The notes under the pieces: model-generated
What the model saw: the letters and a program-made list of their open reading frames with translations, nothing else
Database searches by the model: none
What the model was told of the DNA's origin: nothing
NCBI GenBank assembly: GCA_951406725.2
Contig: OX597814.1
Span: 126,046,001-126,110,000, forward strand
DNA length: 64,000 nt
Source of the DNA: Octopus vulgaris
Taxonomy: Eukaryota
Direction: 5' to 3'
Made by a program: the position numbers and the translations under genes
Part shown: positions 50,480 to 63,690 of the stretch, piece by piece
Numbering within the stretch: the stretch's first letter is position 1
Layout of the letters: every line of letters starts with the position of its first letter

Positions 50480-51689
50480 TATACACACACACACACACAC
50501 ACACACACTCACGTGCACACATGTTTGTGTGCATATGTATAGTATGCTTGTGTGTGTGTAATATGCACCAATACCTTGATTAATAACATTAATGTTTCAC
50601 TTGTTTACTTTGCTATCAGAAACTTTGTTGTTAGAAGGTAAAACATAATTTTTATGCAAATAGGTTTTTTTATTTTTTCAATTATTGAAAGAAATATACA
50701 CTTATTTAAAATGCAGTAGGCTTACAATGTTTCTAGATATATGGAAAAAATCCTTTGAACAAAATTATATGTAATTCAAAGAAAAGTATACACACATTAT
50801 AAAATAAAATATCCTTTGAACAAAATTATGTGTAATTCAATAAAAAAAGATACTTTCTTTATGCCAAAAGTAAAAAGTACAAAGCAATAACAAAAAATAT
50901 GGTATTACTGGTTCTGTTAGATTTTTATTTTTATTTAAAAAATAAAGACATCAAGTGTTGACTGCATTACCTTTTTCTTATGAGCTTCTAATTCTTCCCG
51001 ATAACAATTCAACATTACCATTACAGATCTTTTAGCTTTCATGCTTCGTTCAAAATTTAGATTGTTTTCTGAAAATCACTCTAAAGAATGGGTTACTTCA
51101 CTAAAGCTTTTGGATAAGATCTCTGTTGTTAAAGCTGGTTTATAGGAATTCTTTCTATGCTACTTGAACTAGAATTTTGCAGCTCTCTCAGCTCTTTAAC
51201 ATGCTCACAGGTGAGGCTCTTATTACCAACATTAAATCCTAAATATTATCTACATAAACTTCTTCAAATCCCATTTCTGGTATGATACTTGTAAAGGCTA
51301 CTGCTGTCTGAGACTATTTCAACATCTGTTCTATAGCCTAGCCTAACTGTTTGGACACAGTGTAATGTGTATCTTATGATATTGCTCCAGATTGCAGTAT
51401 GATGTAGGTAGCACGAGTAAATACTACAGAATGCAAAAACAAACCAAGTGTGACTACACTAATAAAGTAATGGCAAGGTTCCTTGTAAGAAAGTACAATT
51501 TAAGTGGGTTATGCCTGAGACAACAATGCAAGAAGATGCTCTTCTACTCTTTATTAGTGTTATTGCTTCTGGAACTTCTCTCTCTAAGTTACCACCTCTA
51601 TCAATTCTAGAACTGAGTCATTCTCTATGTTGTCGTCCTGTTCATTTTCCAAATTCAGAAACCTCTCTATACTTATATATCTTCCACTG

Positions 51690-52510
51690 TCCTTTAAATT
51701 TATTTGGGCCTACAACTATTTGTCCTATTTTATCCTTCAATTAGCCCACCCCTGTCATATTGCATCTCTCTTTTGCTAACTGTTTTGCAAGCTTAAATCT
51801 TTCTCTCTGACCACACTCTGAATCCATACATTCTCTAATTGTTTTCCAATATACCCCCTGTGCCTTGGCTGCATCTTTTTTCACAGTGGTCTTGGCTACT
51901 TTGGTAACTTCCATGCACTGCCACTTCTGCTTTTCCCTTTCTTTTTATCCTCTTTCCAACTTCATCATCACACCACCACACTTCCAAATGTTGAAGGTTT
52001 TTCTTATCAATCCACACATATATTCAAATAGTTCCTAACTACCTATTTTCAGTGACTTCTAACCATTTCCAAGTACAACCTAATCATTCTCTACCATACT
52101 CAGCTTCTCTCTCAAAGCTTCTCTCACTGTCACTTCTTTCAACCTCCACACAGCCTTGGTTGATATTTCATTTACTAAGTTTCCCACCTACCTCTAGTCA
52201 CAAACAACTAAATGATATTAGTGATCAACCTCCTATTCCAGTATTAAATTTGCCTCCCAAAGGTTCTCCCTGGTTCATCTAAGTTCCACCAGATAGTCAA
52301 CAGTTGACATTTACTCAACCAGTATCTGCTTCCTGGAACTAGATATTGCAGATTAACAAGTCAGTTCCATCAACAAACTCTAAAGTCCTTTTACCTTTTT
52401 CACTCCTTACACTATATCTATACCCACCACGGACTACATCAAACCCATCTGTACTTATTCCCACATTCAAGTCCTCTCCTAATACAGCAACTTCTCTGTG
52501 ATATTTTTTA
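51690..52510 (-). mobile_element. Decayed RTE-like LINE, AP-endonuclease and linker region
   Basis: GEDLNVGISTDGFDVVRGGYRYSVRSEKGKRTLEFVDGTDLLICN (cf. GDFNGHVG...GGxGxGxRNxEGxRILEF...LxIxNT) and VWWCDDEV (cf. WWWNEEV). Confidence 0.75.
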
Positions 52511-52592
52511 ATAGTTTCTCTGTCACACATCAAAACTTCTGTTTCACTTCGAAACTTTCACCCATATATATGTGTGTGTTTGTGTGTGTGTA

Positions 52593-52625
<33 letters not shown>

Positions 52626-54349
52626 TTACTCACACAATGGGCTTCTACACAGTTCCTGGCTACCAGCTTTCACTCTCATACTTAAGCCAAAGCTATTGCA
52701 GAAGATGGTGTATAGTAGTACAGTGGGGGTCAAACCTGGAACCATGTAACTGCAAAAGACACGTCTTAATCATATGGCTTTGCTTGCACTAATATATATG
52801 TGCTTGCATGTGTATGCGTGTGTTACTATAGTGAGATACATCATGTAACTAGGTAAAAGGGGAGGAAAACAAATGAAAAAGGCAAACATATAACAATGGA
52901 TTACAACCAGATAGATGCTGTAAATGTCAACTGAAATGTATTGACAAATGTGTTACCTGACATTGCAATGTATTTCAAAATCGTTTATGGAGCATATGAT
53001 TGGCTACTCTAATCATTAACTGCCCCCACTGAAATACCTGCTGATGACAGGAGAAACTAGTTTCTAATATTCTAATAATGACCCTTAAAGTCTTTACTCA
53101 GTTTTGAGTTGAACAACTTGTTAAAATGCAATCGGTGTGTCAGTTAGGATCACACACACCTAAATTGTATCACTATATTATCTGCATTAATATAAGCAAT
53201 AACAATTTAAAATGCCTCAGTATCTTTCAGTATGGCAGATTGTGTCCGTAGCTGATAAGGAATTGGAAAAGAGAAGAACAAAACTGATAGATAAATGAAA
53301 ACCAGGATATCAATCTGAAATTACCAGCTGAAGCAATGATAGCTGTAAAACATATGCAAAATTAACTGGTATTGTGAAATGGCATGGAAATACAAAAAGA
53401 AAAAAATTTCTTAAAAGGATTGGAAATTCTCAATCAGTTATATAAGATAAAGTTTTCTCTACATAATATTCTCAGAAATTTAGTATAAAAACTAAAAAAA
53501 AAAACTAAAAAGGATTTATATGAAGATGTGAAAAAAAATATTAAATTGACAATAGTTGATGATTCATCTTAGAAATATATTAGCCATTCTGTACTTCATT
53601 TCATTTTTTACCTTAAACAATGAAATATTGTCAGTGCCATAATGAGTTTTATGCAAACATCTGATTTAAATAATTTGTTTAAACAGTTAATTAAAGCATT
53701 GCATCAAAGCCTATCATTTTGAGATTCTATTGATCTCAACACATGTTATGGAATGTTACTGAACAAAGAGGGAGGTTGGGCAGTATTTAGAATCTGATTT
53801 TGATTTAACAAATTAACATTTCAGCAATTCCATGGTTGAAACCAGCTTGAAATAATAAGAGATAATATAGCAAGAAATATATATGTAAATGGCTGTTTTA
53901 TCTCATCAGTGGTATGTTGAACTGAAAACTTGAGTTAAAGTGAAAGTAATTACAAGGTATCAAGAGTTGAAACTATCTGAAATCGACTTGAATTGAAGCA
54001 ATTACTTATATTTTGCAATCAGAATAAATGGATCATTTAATTATGAATACCTTCTATTATAGAGTTGATCTTAGAAATAACTTTTCGTCAAGGGTCAGAT
54101 ATATTTGTAAATGTTTCCTTTTATAAAACTTTTATTCCATTTAGATTTTCTATAGTTGTTTGTTTGCATCTTGTGAATTTTTGATTTCTGTTCCGCTGCT
54201 ATACCTACATTGAAACATGACAACATGTTAAAAATTATGAATTTTCAAGCAGATTTTTATATTAATTCAAACATGAAATATTGAGATAAGAATCTGCAGG
54301 TGATGCACAATATAATGGTTATTCTCTTTATAATAATAATAATAACAGT

Positions 54350-55085
54350 AATAATGGTTTCAAGTTTTGTCATGAAGCCAGCATTTTTGGAGGAAGGTAT
54401 AAGTCAATTGCATCAACCCCTGTAATAAACTGCTACCTATTTTATCAACTCCAAAAGGATGAAAGGTAAGATCGACCTCAGCAGAATTTGAACTCAGAAC
54501 ATACAGACAGATGAAATGTTGTTAAGCTAACAATTCTGCCAGCAGTGCAAGGCAGTGGGTCTCATGACTTCTGATCTTAACTGATTGGAAGTGTTATCAT
54601 GTATATGTTTTGTTTTGGTGTAAAAGATGGGCAACAGCAAATATTCTGCTCAATACCACAGACTTGTTTGTCAGTTGCTTGACCATAATCAGTTGAACAT
54701 GTCCCTTAGTGGCAGACAATATGTGCATCTCTGATCAGAAACAGTAGTGGAGGAGTATCATAGCCATGTGCTGAGAGGAATTCTTTCATATTTGAATAAT
54801 TCACATCTAGAAACATGGGTGTTTCGTTCATCATCCGTAGACAAACCATATTCAGGGACCTTTTGTGTGGAATGGGCTACTCAACCTGAAGAAAATTCTA
54901 ACTGAGCCCCATCTGCAAAATCATGTGCTGTTTATCTTGGTGTGAGATCACCATGTCACACACATATGGTTGTGATGCATGTGCCTGACATATTCTTATC
55001 AGATGAGTCATTATGATGGATCTATTTGTACTCCAGTGTCACTTTGATGGCATGCACTGTTTTCTCACTCAATAATAATAATAAT
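54350..55085. mobile_element. S1-type SINE (minus strand) fused to an additional interspersed repeat, between (AAT)n tracts
   Basis: ggatgaaaggtaagatcgacctcagcagaatttgaactcagaac is the reverse complement of the S1 core; similar minus copies at ~56050-56260, 58525-58740 and 62680-62890. Confidence 0.7.
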
Positions 55086-55474
55086 TAACTACAAGGAGTC
55101 TACGGTTGAGTGCATCATCTTGACTGTATTGCTAGTATCATTTTTTTATCAAGCTTTGGCATAAATAATTAGTGTAATTATTTAGGCCTTCAAAGTTTTT
55201 ATGGAATTAAATGTTGTCATTTTGACATTGATTCGTCTCCTGATCCAACATATTTATTATTAAAGATGTTCCTGTTTATTCAGACAGAATGTATCTAGGA
55301 ATACACCACTATCCAATGTACCCTTCATTTTGTAAATAGTAAAAGAAGGATTTGTCTACTGTTTCTAGCAGATTAATTGACTGCATAATATATTTTATTG
55401 TAGATGATAAAGAACCACAATAATGGAAAGAAACATGATATTTATGTCTTAAAATCCCCACATAACACAACCAG

Positions 55475-55650
55475 CATAAAAAAGCACTCAGTACACTGTG
55501 TAAAGTGGTTGGTGTTAGGAAGGGCATCCAACTGTAGAAATCATGTCAAAGCAGACAATGGAGCCTGGTGCAGCTCTCTGGCTTATCAGTTCCTGTCAAG
55601 CCATCCAATCCATGCCAGCATGGAAAACAGATGTTAAATGACGATGATAC
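55475..55650 (+). mobile_element. SINE-like repeat (family S4)
   Basis: gtaaagtggttggtgttaggaagggcatccaactgtagaaa ... ccagcatggaaaacagatgttaaatgacgatg. Confidence 0.85.
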
Positions 55651-58600
55651 TATCTCTGCTGCACCATATTCTGTAATATCATTGTCATGTCATATCCTAA
55701 AATATCATATATGCACCATATTGTAACCACTGTTATCACTACCTCTCTATGCTTTGTACTATCACTGTCATACCATATGATGTCCAAAATATCATATGTA
55801 AATGTATATAATTGTTACACTATACACTGATAGCAATTATTAGTGCCAAACCATACCATATCCTTTAAATCATTGTAGTATGATATTCTATCCTACAATA
55901 TTATCACTTCACCATATATAATATTGTTAGCTAATCATTTCATTATTTCACTATTATTATATAATTATCACAATATTTTATAATATATTTATCATATATT
56001 TTATCATAATATCCTTAGCATACTATATCATTATCATAGTCATAAAATTGATTTCTAATACCGATACAAGGCCGCAAATTCTACGGGGGAAGACTATCGA
56101 TTAAACAACTCAGTACTTGACTGATACTTACATTATCGATCCCAGATGGATCAAAGACAAAGTTAATCTTGATAGAATTGGATTTCAGAACATAAAAAAA
56201 TATAACTAAATATCACAAGTTCTTTTGTCTGATGCTCTAACAATTTTCCCAATCCACTACCTTTATCCATGTTAATTTTGTTATACTGTCAATATCATAC
56301 ACTATTATCGTTATGTCTTTGTCATAACATCATTATTATTATGTTATTGTCCTAATAAGATTTTCATGATATCAATAGTCTGTTATATGATGTCATTTCC
56401 TAAAATAGTTTATGAATACCACAGTTTAACATAGCTAATCAAATTTCCTTATATTCTTGAGCTAACATTGATGGGTGAAATATTTTAGAAATGATATCGA
56501 TTGCAATTGTCATAGCCATGATAATAATGTTATTAGTGATATGATTAATGAAAAATCATAACTCATATTACTGCATTCTATTTTGTCTGACACTGCAGTC
56601 TTATCTACCTCCTGGGATAGGGCTGCTACTACACATGTACACACACCTCCCAGACCACACCCCAAAAATTCCACTAACACACCCAAACCACTGAGTCATA
56701 GACATCCTATTCATTCCCTCTGTCTCTTTGTAGAATTTCATATTCTGTAATTGTCTTAAATTGTTATGCTAATTACTAACAGCTGAATTATATGAGATTA
56801 CAAATGTCTCTGGAACCTGTGCACTTGTTACAAAATGTGGATAAAACAACTTTGTCGACAACTTCTGAAGTGTGAAATATGTCTGTGGTTGGATATTGGC
56901 TCCTTGAAATTACAGATTATGACACTTTCTTTACTCCTGTTATAATGTTATCTGCTCCTCTGAGCAAAAAAAACTGCATTTCACCACCACTCAATTCTAC
57001 TCTTTTCATCCACCAGCCATTCCTCTTATCAAACACACTCACCCTCAAACTTTACACAAAATCTTTCTCTGATCCTTTTTTCCCCTAGACTTCTGGAATT
57101 TCCTCTTAAGCTTATATTATACTCGTCAACCCACAGAGGAAGGATAAAGTTGAGCATCAACTACATCAGTTTTGCCAATAAGGAATGGTGTGTAAAGGTA
57201 CCTCCTCCTATATAAATCATTAAAAAAATGATTAAACATAAAAAATAAAGTGTCCTACTTGTTGTCACTGAGTGCCAGTGGCACTGGGGAAGAAGTAATT
57301 TTGAATGGCTAGCCTTAGTGTTGTAATTTGTTACTATAGAAATAACATTTGCAGCAACAACAGCTATGATACTCTCCTCAGAGCCTTGCTGTTGTTATTG
57401 TTTCTACTATCTACCAATACCTTCTGCAGTTTTAGGCCTGAAGACTATCAAATGGATTTTAGTCCCACACATGTAACATATGTGCTTTCTGTCCAGCCAT
57501 GCCAGTATGATTAACTTCCTTCCCTCTCCCACAATGAGATCCAACTCCAGCTTAACTTTCAGCCTTCCAGGATCATTAGGACCTAGATGTATCCATACAG
57601 ACCTCCACTTTATTACATGTTGTAGATCACCTCTGTACTCAACACCTGCTTATACTGTGTTGCCAAGAGAATGTCCAGTGAAATTCAACCATAGTTTCAA
57701 TATCAGTGACCATGAACATCATATTCTTTTTCTCCATGTACTGCAACATCAACCTGTGAAACAGGTATGGGGTACACTAACTTTGCTTTTCTCTTTGGTT
57801 CAACTTCAGTCTTAAAGACCTGGTACACATTCCTATATACTATGCCTTGGCCACATTATATCATTCATCCCCCAGCTGCACTTTCAGGAGTATTTGGGAG
57901 CTCCTTTTAATTATTGACAGAGTTATGTTACTTTCCTCTTTGCCTAGTCTTGGGTAAATTCATTGTCCATTAAGTCATTCTTTTTTGTGATATACTTCTA
58001 CACATTCTTTTACCTGGAGCTGATATATGTCTAGTAACATTTTTGGGTATCACAAGGCTAGTAAAAGATTTTGATGTTGTCAGTGATGCTTTTTTGGTGT
58101 TATTTAAATTTATGTTTACATTTCATTTCACTTTTGTGCTTCTCAGCTGCGTTTCTGTCTTTTTTATTTATTTATGTATTTATTGGTGTGGAATCTTTCC
58201 TTTAATGTGACCCTATGTCTGCAAAAATTTGCTAGAAATGGGTGTGTTCACTGCTACCATCATTGTAACTACTACAGAGATAAGCTATATTGAACAACTA
58301 ATAAACAAAGCGAAATTAATTTTTACAAAAGAATATGTAGACAATAGAATGTTAAAGGACAAATATTTTTTTCACATACCAGCTAATGTGGGGATAAGAC
58401 ATTTAATTATTTTGATGTCCATTGTTTCTGAAAAAAATCAGCTTAATCAAGTAAACATTGTAAGATATAACTTTTTTCTGGAACTCTGTTACAAGTGCCC
58501 ATTCAAGTAAACAACACAACAATAATAATTTCAAACATGGGAACAAAGCCACAGATTTGGGTAAAAGTGGTCGGTCATTTAACTCAATTTGTTATTTCAC

Positions 58601-59249
58601 TTTGATCAGCCTCCACCTGCTCAGAAGGATCAAAAGAAAAGTTAACCTCAGCAGGGTTTGAACGCTGAATGTGAAAGGGCCCTAAGTTAATATCACTAGA
58701 CATTTTGTCTGACACCCCAACTATTTTTTGCCAATCCTTTGCCTATAATGTGCATAACCAGTAAATGAATACTAATACTACTACTAATAATAATAATAAT
58801 AATAATAATAACCACAATAACAACAACAACCATCATTGTCATTATCATCATCATCATAGTTACCAAATGTAAATACCTACTGTTTCATTTTTTTCTTTGC
58901 ACTTTTTAATAACATAATAATGAATAATTGGCTTGGATTGGTGATATATGAATTCTGAAATATATGTCATCAGTCTATAGATGAAGGAGATATTTCCTAA
59001 TAGAAAAAGACATAGAAGTAGTGGGGGGGAAAAAAAGGTGATTTAAAAGACTTATCTAAATAATAAATGTGAAATATAGAAGTATAATGATGTGTAGAAT
59101 TATTTTTTAAAAGAAAATCCTCCATTTAGAATGACGTTTTATGTTGTAATCTTTTAAAAAATTATTTATAATTTTTATTTTACCTCACATTACACTCTAC
59201 ATAATGTTTTCAGTTGCTTGATAGCTAGCTAGAAAATTTTGTGTTTTAG

Positions 59250-59316
59250 TTGATAATGCAGAATTTATACAAAATGGAAATTTTTCTGATGCCTATCTAG
59301 CTGTAGCTGCTTACAG
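59250..59316 (+). CDS. Candidate isolated internal coding exon (67 nt) of an unidentified host gene
   Basis: Acceptor ttttgtgttttag, donor CAG|gtacgt, open frame xDNAEFIQNGNFSDAYLAVAAY(R/S), flanked by unique non-repeat sequence; no homology recognised. Confidence 0.35.
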
Positions 59317-60139
59317 GTACGTACAATGGAAATAACTGCTCTTATCAGCATGTCAGTTATAAACCAACTGACCACAAAATATCACATGGTTATGCACTTC
59401 TTCATACCTGCACAGAAGATGAAAAACATGCTGAGAAAATTAAAAGAAAAAAAATGGATAAGAAAATACTAAATAATGGCAACATGAATAACAAGAACAA
59501 CAATAATAATAGTAATCATAATTGTATCAAAAAATAATAATAGTAATAACAATAATGATGATATTGGCAGGTATTTTACATAAATCTTCTCTACATGTAA
59601 TCGAATGTGAACATTCTTTGAAAAGAATCTTGATAATGTTCATCTTTGTGGGTGCCCTGAAGTCAGGGGATGAATATTCCAAGAACATCCAAGGCTTTTA
59701 AACATCAGTGAAGCAATAGAAAAAAAAAGAAGAAAAAAAGGAAAAGTGATGAAGAAAGACAGAAAGAAAAACCCCTTCAGTTTGATTTCGTTACTTTACA
59801 TGGAAAAATGATGTCTGAGAAAATGAGATTGTACATTTTTTTTTTTTTTTCTGCTTCTCTCTTCCACAGAATCATTCTTTACTAAGTACCTTAAATACAC
59901 ACACAAATACACATACACACACAGTTTCTGTCTCTTTTAGGCTCACTGCCTCACTCCACTTTCTACTCACACTCTCTCTTCTATTCATTCCACTTTCTTT
60001 AACATTACCTGCCTCTGTCCCCACCTTCTGCTCCCGCAATCAACAATATTTTTACTTTCCATTATATTTTCTTTACATCATCAATATCATATTTGCTTCA
60101 CCACCATCTGCACACACGTGTGTGATTGAGCATCTACAT

Positions 60140-60189
60140 TATGCCTCTCTCTTTCTCTTCTCTCTCTCTCTCTCTACATATATATATAC

Positions 60190-60242
<53 letters not shown>

Positions 60243-60254
60243 TACATATACATG

Positions 60255-60290
<36 letters not shown>

Positions 60291-60330
60291 AATACACATT
60301 CATTTATACATACATACACACACACACAAC
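60140..60330. repeat. (CT)n/(TA)n/(CA)n compound microsatellite
   Basis: Direct inspection. Confidence 0.95.
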
Positions 60331-60369
60331 ATATGTTACACAAGTTAACAGATCTTCAATGGTTTCGTC

Positions 60370-60690
60370 ACTTCAGATGATGAGTATTCCAGTTCAATAA
60401 AACGAAGCACATAGTCAATGAATTTTTATGTAAGTGGCTGAGTATTCCGTGGACTCTTGTGGCTTTAATGTAATACTAAAGCAGAATCAGTGTGACACAG
60501 TGTATGTGACAAGGCTGGCCCCTTACATTACAGATGCAGTCCATCCATCAGGCTTTCACACGGCTTTCATCTATCTAGTTTCATTCAAGGATAAGGTAAA
60601 AAAAGATACCTGTACAAGGTTCCTCATTGGAATTGAACCCAGTACATCAGTATTGTAATGAATATTTCTTAACCACTCAGCTATGCCTGC
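60370..60690 (-). mobile_element. tRNA-derived SINE (S3-related)
   Basis: Minus-strand head gcaggcatagctgagtggttaag...gggttcaattcc; body ggccagccttgtcaca...tactcagccactt matches 22260-22400. Confidence 0.75.
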
Positions 60691-61425
60691 ATTATTGTAT
60701 ACATATGTATACATGCATATATACATCATCACCATGATAGATATATGTAGGCAGATAAACAGGCACACATGTATATATTTGTATGTATATATATATATAT
60801 ATATATGTCAAATAATGTGTGTGTGTGCATATATATAAAACAATACATTGAAATATATATCTGTGTGCATACACACACATATTTATGCACATATTGTTTT
60901 CTAGTAAAAAAAAAGTCATGATAAATAGCTTTTAATACCTGCGCCTTTTTATGTTGTTATTATTATTATTTTTACCAAATATGAACATTTCAGTTTTCCT
61001 TTATCATGTCAGTATTAAATGTGAGTTCACTTTTGAAGACATTTTCATTATTTTCAACCTTGCTTGGTTAAGCAGAATGATCTTGCTATAAACCTCTGCT
61101 GATGCAATCATCAATATGGTTTCAGTTTAGGTTTTACTTGTTCATTTTAACATTCATGAAAAAGAATTTTTTTTTTTAAAAAAAGAAAAGAAAACGTTTT
61201 TTTCCTTTTGTCCAACCTGCCGTCATTTTTTTTTTACCTTATTTATTGGTTGAGAGACCATATAACTTCCAATCATTGTACATGTTTAGTTAGGAAATCA
61301 ACTGAGTATGTTAGAATAAATAATCTAGTTATTGCAGTGTGGGAACTCATATTCAACAACAGACATAGTTTCAGCAGTGAAATTAGTTTCGTTTGTTTCA
61401 TCCCCAGATGTTTCCATTCTCAGAT

Positions 61426-61515
61426 AGTTCTATATACTTCTCTGTTTATTTGTCATCACTGCAGTTTGTCAGTTCTATATACTTCTCTGTTTATTTGTCA
61501 TCACTGCAGTTTGTC
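61426..61515. repeat. Exact 45-bp tandem duplication
   Basis: agttctatatacttctctgtttatttgtcatcactgcagtttgtc twice. Confidence 0.95.
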
Positions 61516-61519
61516 ATAT

Positions 61520-62220
61520 GCCCTAGCTAGTTACAACTGTTCTACTGTTTATTTTACAGAGTTAGTACAGTTCTGGTGTTTGTTCTAGTTAGTTACTACA
61601 GTCCTAACATTTGTCCTAGCTAGTTTGTATAACACTGTTGCTTGTCCTAACTAATAAGTAAGGTTCTTTTGTTTGTCCAAGCTAGTAATTACATTTCTGC
61701 TGTTTGTCAGTGAGTGCAGTTAGTCATTAAGTCCTAGTGTATGCCCTAGATAATTATTAAATTCCTCTTTGTCTCAGCTGGTACATATATTCTTCCTCAT
61801 CATTCTAGTTTGCACCATTATTTCATACAGTTCTTCAATGTGTCCCAGCCTATTAATACTGTCTTGTTCTTTGTCCTCTTTAGTATTATTAATTTATGAT
61901 CCTTGTGTACCTCCTAGATAATTATTAAAATCCTACTGCTTGTCCTAACTATTATGTTCTTGCTCCTTGTTCTACTTTGCACAGTTGATTAATACAGTCT
62001 TCCAATATGTACTAGCTAGATAGTAAAGTCCTCCAGTGTATCCTGGCTAGCTAGCCCAATGTTGCTATTTTGCTTAACTTAGTATTATTCTCACAGAGAG
62101 TGGGCTTAGTATTTTTCCTAACTGGTACTACCCCACCATTTGTCTTAATTATAGACTGAAGCCATTTGTTGTAACCAGTTGCTACAGTCTTGCTATTTGT
62201 CCTAATTAGTTAATAATGAT
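61520..62220. repeat. Highly degenerate ~31-bp minisatellite (tttgtcctagctagttantacagttct)
   Basis: Recurring tgtcctag / ctagctag / tacagt motifs at about 30-32-bp spacing. Confidence 0.65.
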
Positions 62221-62899
62221 CTATCATAGTTGTACTCAGAAAAGTCTAAATATCTCCAGTTACCTCCAAGTAATATAGACGACCTCATGGTATTAAGCTG
62301 ATAATTATTCCATTTTGAATAGAATGTAAGCCTATCACAGATAACATTCCTAGATGAACTGATACATATTCCTGGGTAAACAATGCAGTGTATTTGGCGT
62401 ATTTCTTACAAAGTACTTCCTGTTGATTTGAACTCAAGATCTTTGAACTGGTAGCTCAATACTTTATCCATTAGACCATTTTGTCTGAATTCATTAAGTT
62501 TCACTCTCATTTGTATTAAATAATTGTGTTTTGATATTTCCATCATCTTATAATCTTTTAAATGAAAAATAGTGGTTTTAGAGAAGATCTGTTCATTAAT
62601 ATCATCACTGTTATACTATGGTAGCAACCAAATGTTCCTCAAATCACACACTACCCTCTTATATATTTATATATATATGGACTCTAATATAAGCACAAGG
62701 CCTGAAATTTTGTGGGAGAGATAGTCAATTGCATTAACCCCAGTGCTCAACTGATACTTATTTTATCAACCCCTGACAGCATGAAAGGCAATGTCAACCT
62801 TGGCATAATTTGAACTCATAACATAAAGCCAAAACAAATACCGCTTAAAATTTTGTTCAACATGCTAATAATTGTGTCAGCTTGCTACCTTCATATCCT

Positions 62900-63095
62900 T
62901 GTCTGGCACCTGTGCCGGTGGCACGTAAAAAGCACCCACTACACTCACGGAGTGGTTGGCGTTAGGAAGGGCATCCAGCCGTAGAAACATTGCCAGATCA
63001 GACTGGGCCTGGTGCAGCCTTCTGGCTTCCCAGACCCCAGTTGAACTGTCCAACACATGCTAGCATGGAAAGCGGATGCTAAACGATGATGATGA
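62900..63095 (+). mobile_element. SINE-like repeat (family S4), young copy
   Basis: gtgccggtggcacgtaaaaagcacccactacactcacggagtggttggcgttaggaagggcatccagccgtagaaac ... aaacgatgatgatgat. Confidence 0.9.
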
Positions 63096-63314
63096 TATAT
63101 ATTAACTGTTACAACTATGTAAGGAACACTGTCTATCCTTATAATGCAATGCATAGGTATCAAAACCACAGGCTTACAATTCATTAACAGAATTAAGCAT
63201 TGATGAATTGCATATATTGTTTCTTGTCAGACATATCCTGTCCTAGACAGATGACTGTTATAACAGTTTTAGTTCTTTCTGCCCTGATTTTCAAAAGCAG
63301 TGACTTGACTACAA

Positions 63315-63318
<4 letters not shown>

Positions 63319-63362
<44 letters not shown>
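63319..63362. repeat. (TC)n microsatellite
   Basis: Perfect run. Confidence 0.97.
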
Positions 63363-63364
<2 letters not shown>

Positions 63365-63424
63365 CTCCCTCACACACACACCCACAGAGGAATTAGAGAT
63401 TTTATCACTCTTAATGGTCATATA

Positions 63425-63600
63425 GTAAGCAAACCATTCTGAGTATTTCTGTGTCCCCATGAATCCAGTGTAAGAGCACGGTGAAAAAGTTCAACAAGCA
63501 ATAACAGGATTCTCTTACGAGATAAAAGTAGATTGTATGACGCTTGTTTACAAAGTGCAGTGTTGCATGGTAGCAAAATGTGGGCATTAAATGCAAAAGT
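63425..63600 (+). mobile_element. RTE-like LINE fragment
   Basis: ataacaggattctcttacgagataaaagtagattgtatgacgcttgtttacaaagtgcagtgttgcatggtagc (RLYDACLQSAVLHGS), related to ~30900-30970. Confidence 0.6.
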
Positions 63601-63690
63601 TGTATGAAAATGGGGAAAGGGGAAAATGAGCAGGTTCCAGAAGTTATGTAATGTTAATATGCAAAAATGAATGAGCATATGCATATTATA

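Noticed and set aside
57430-57960. Possible very decayed RT fragment on the minus strand
   Set aside because: Only faint resemblance to the FDxVP and QGS motifs; not supportable by eye
60350-60385. Minus-strand CTGAAGT-gac-GAAAC resembling a hammerhead core
   Set aside because: The core is CUGAAGU rather than CUGANGA, there is no stem II, and it coincides with the S3 SINE 3' end
41805-62220. CRISPR-like interpretation of the degenerate arrays
   Set aside because: Eukaryotic context, no cas genes, non-identical repeats, and no unique spacers of constant length
10803-63460. Numerous ORFs with poly-HT, CV, YI, poly-S/G/L/V/R tracts
   Set aside because: They are translations of microsatellites and low-complexity DNA
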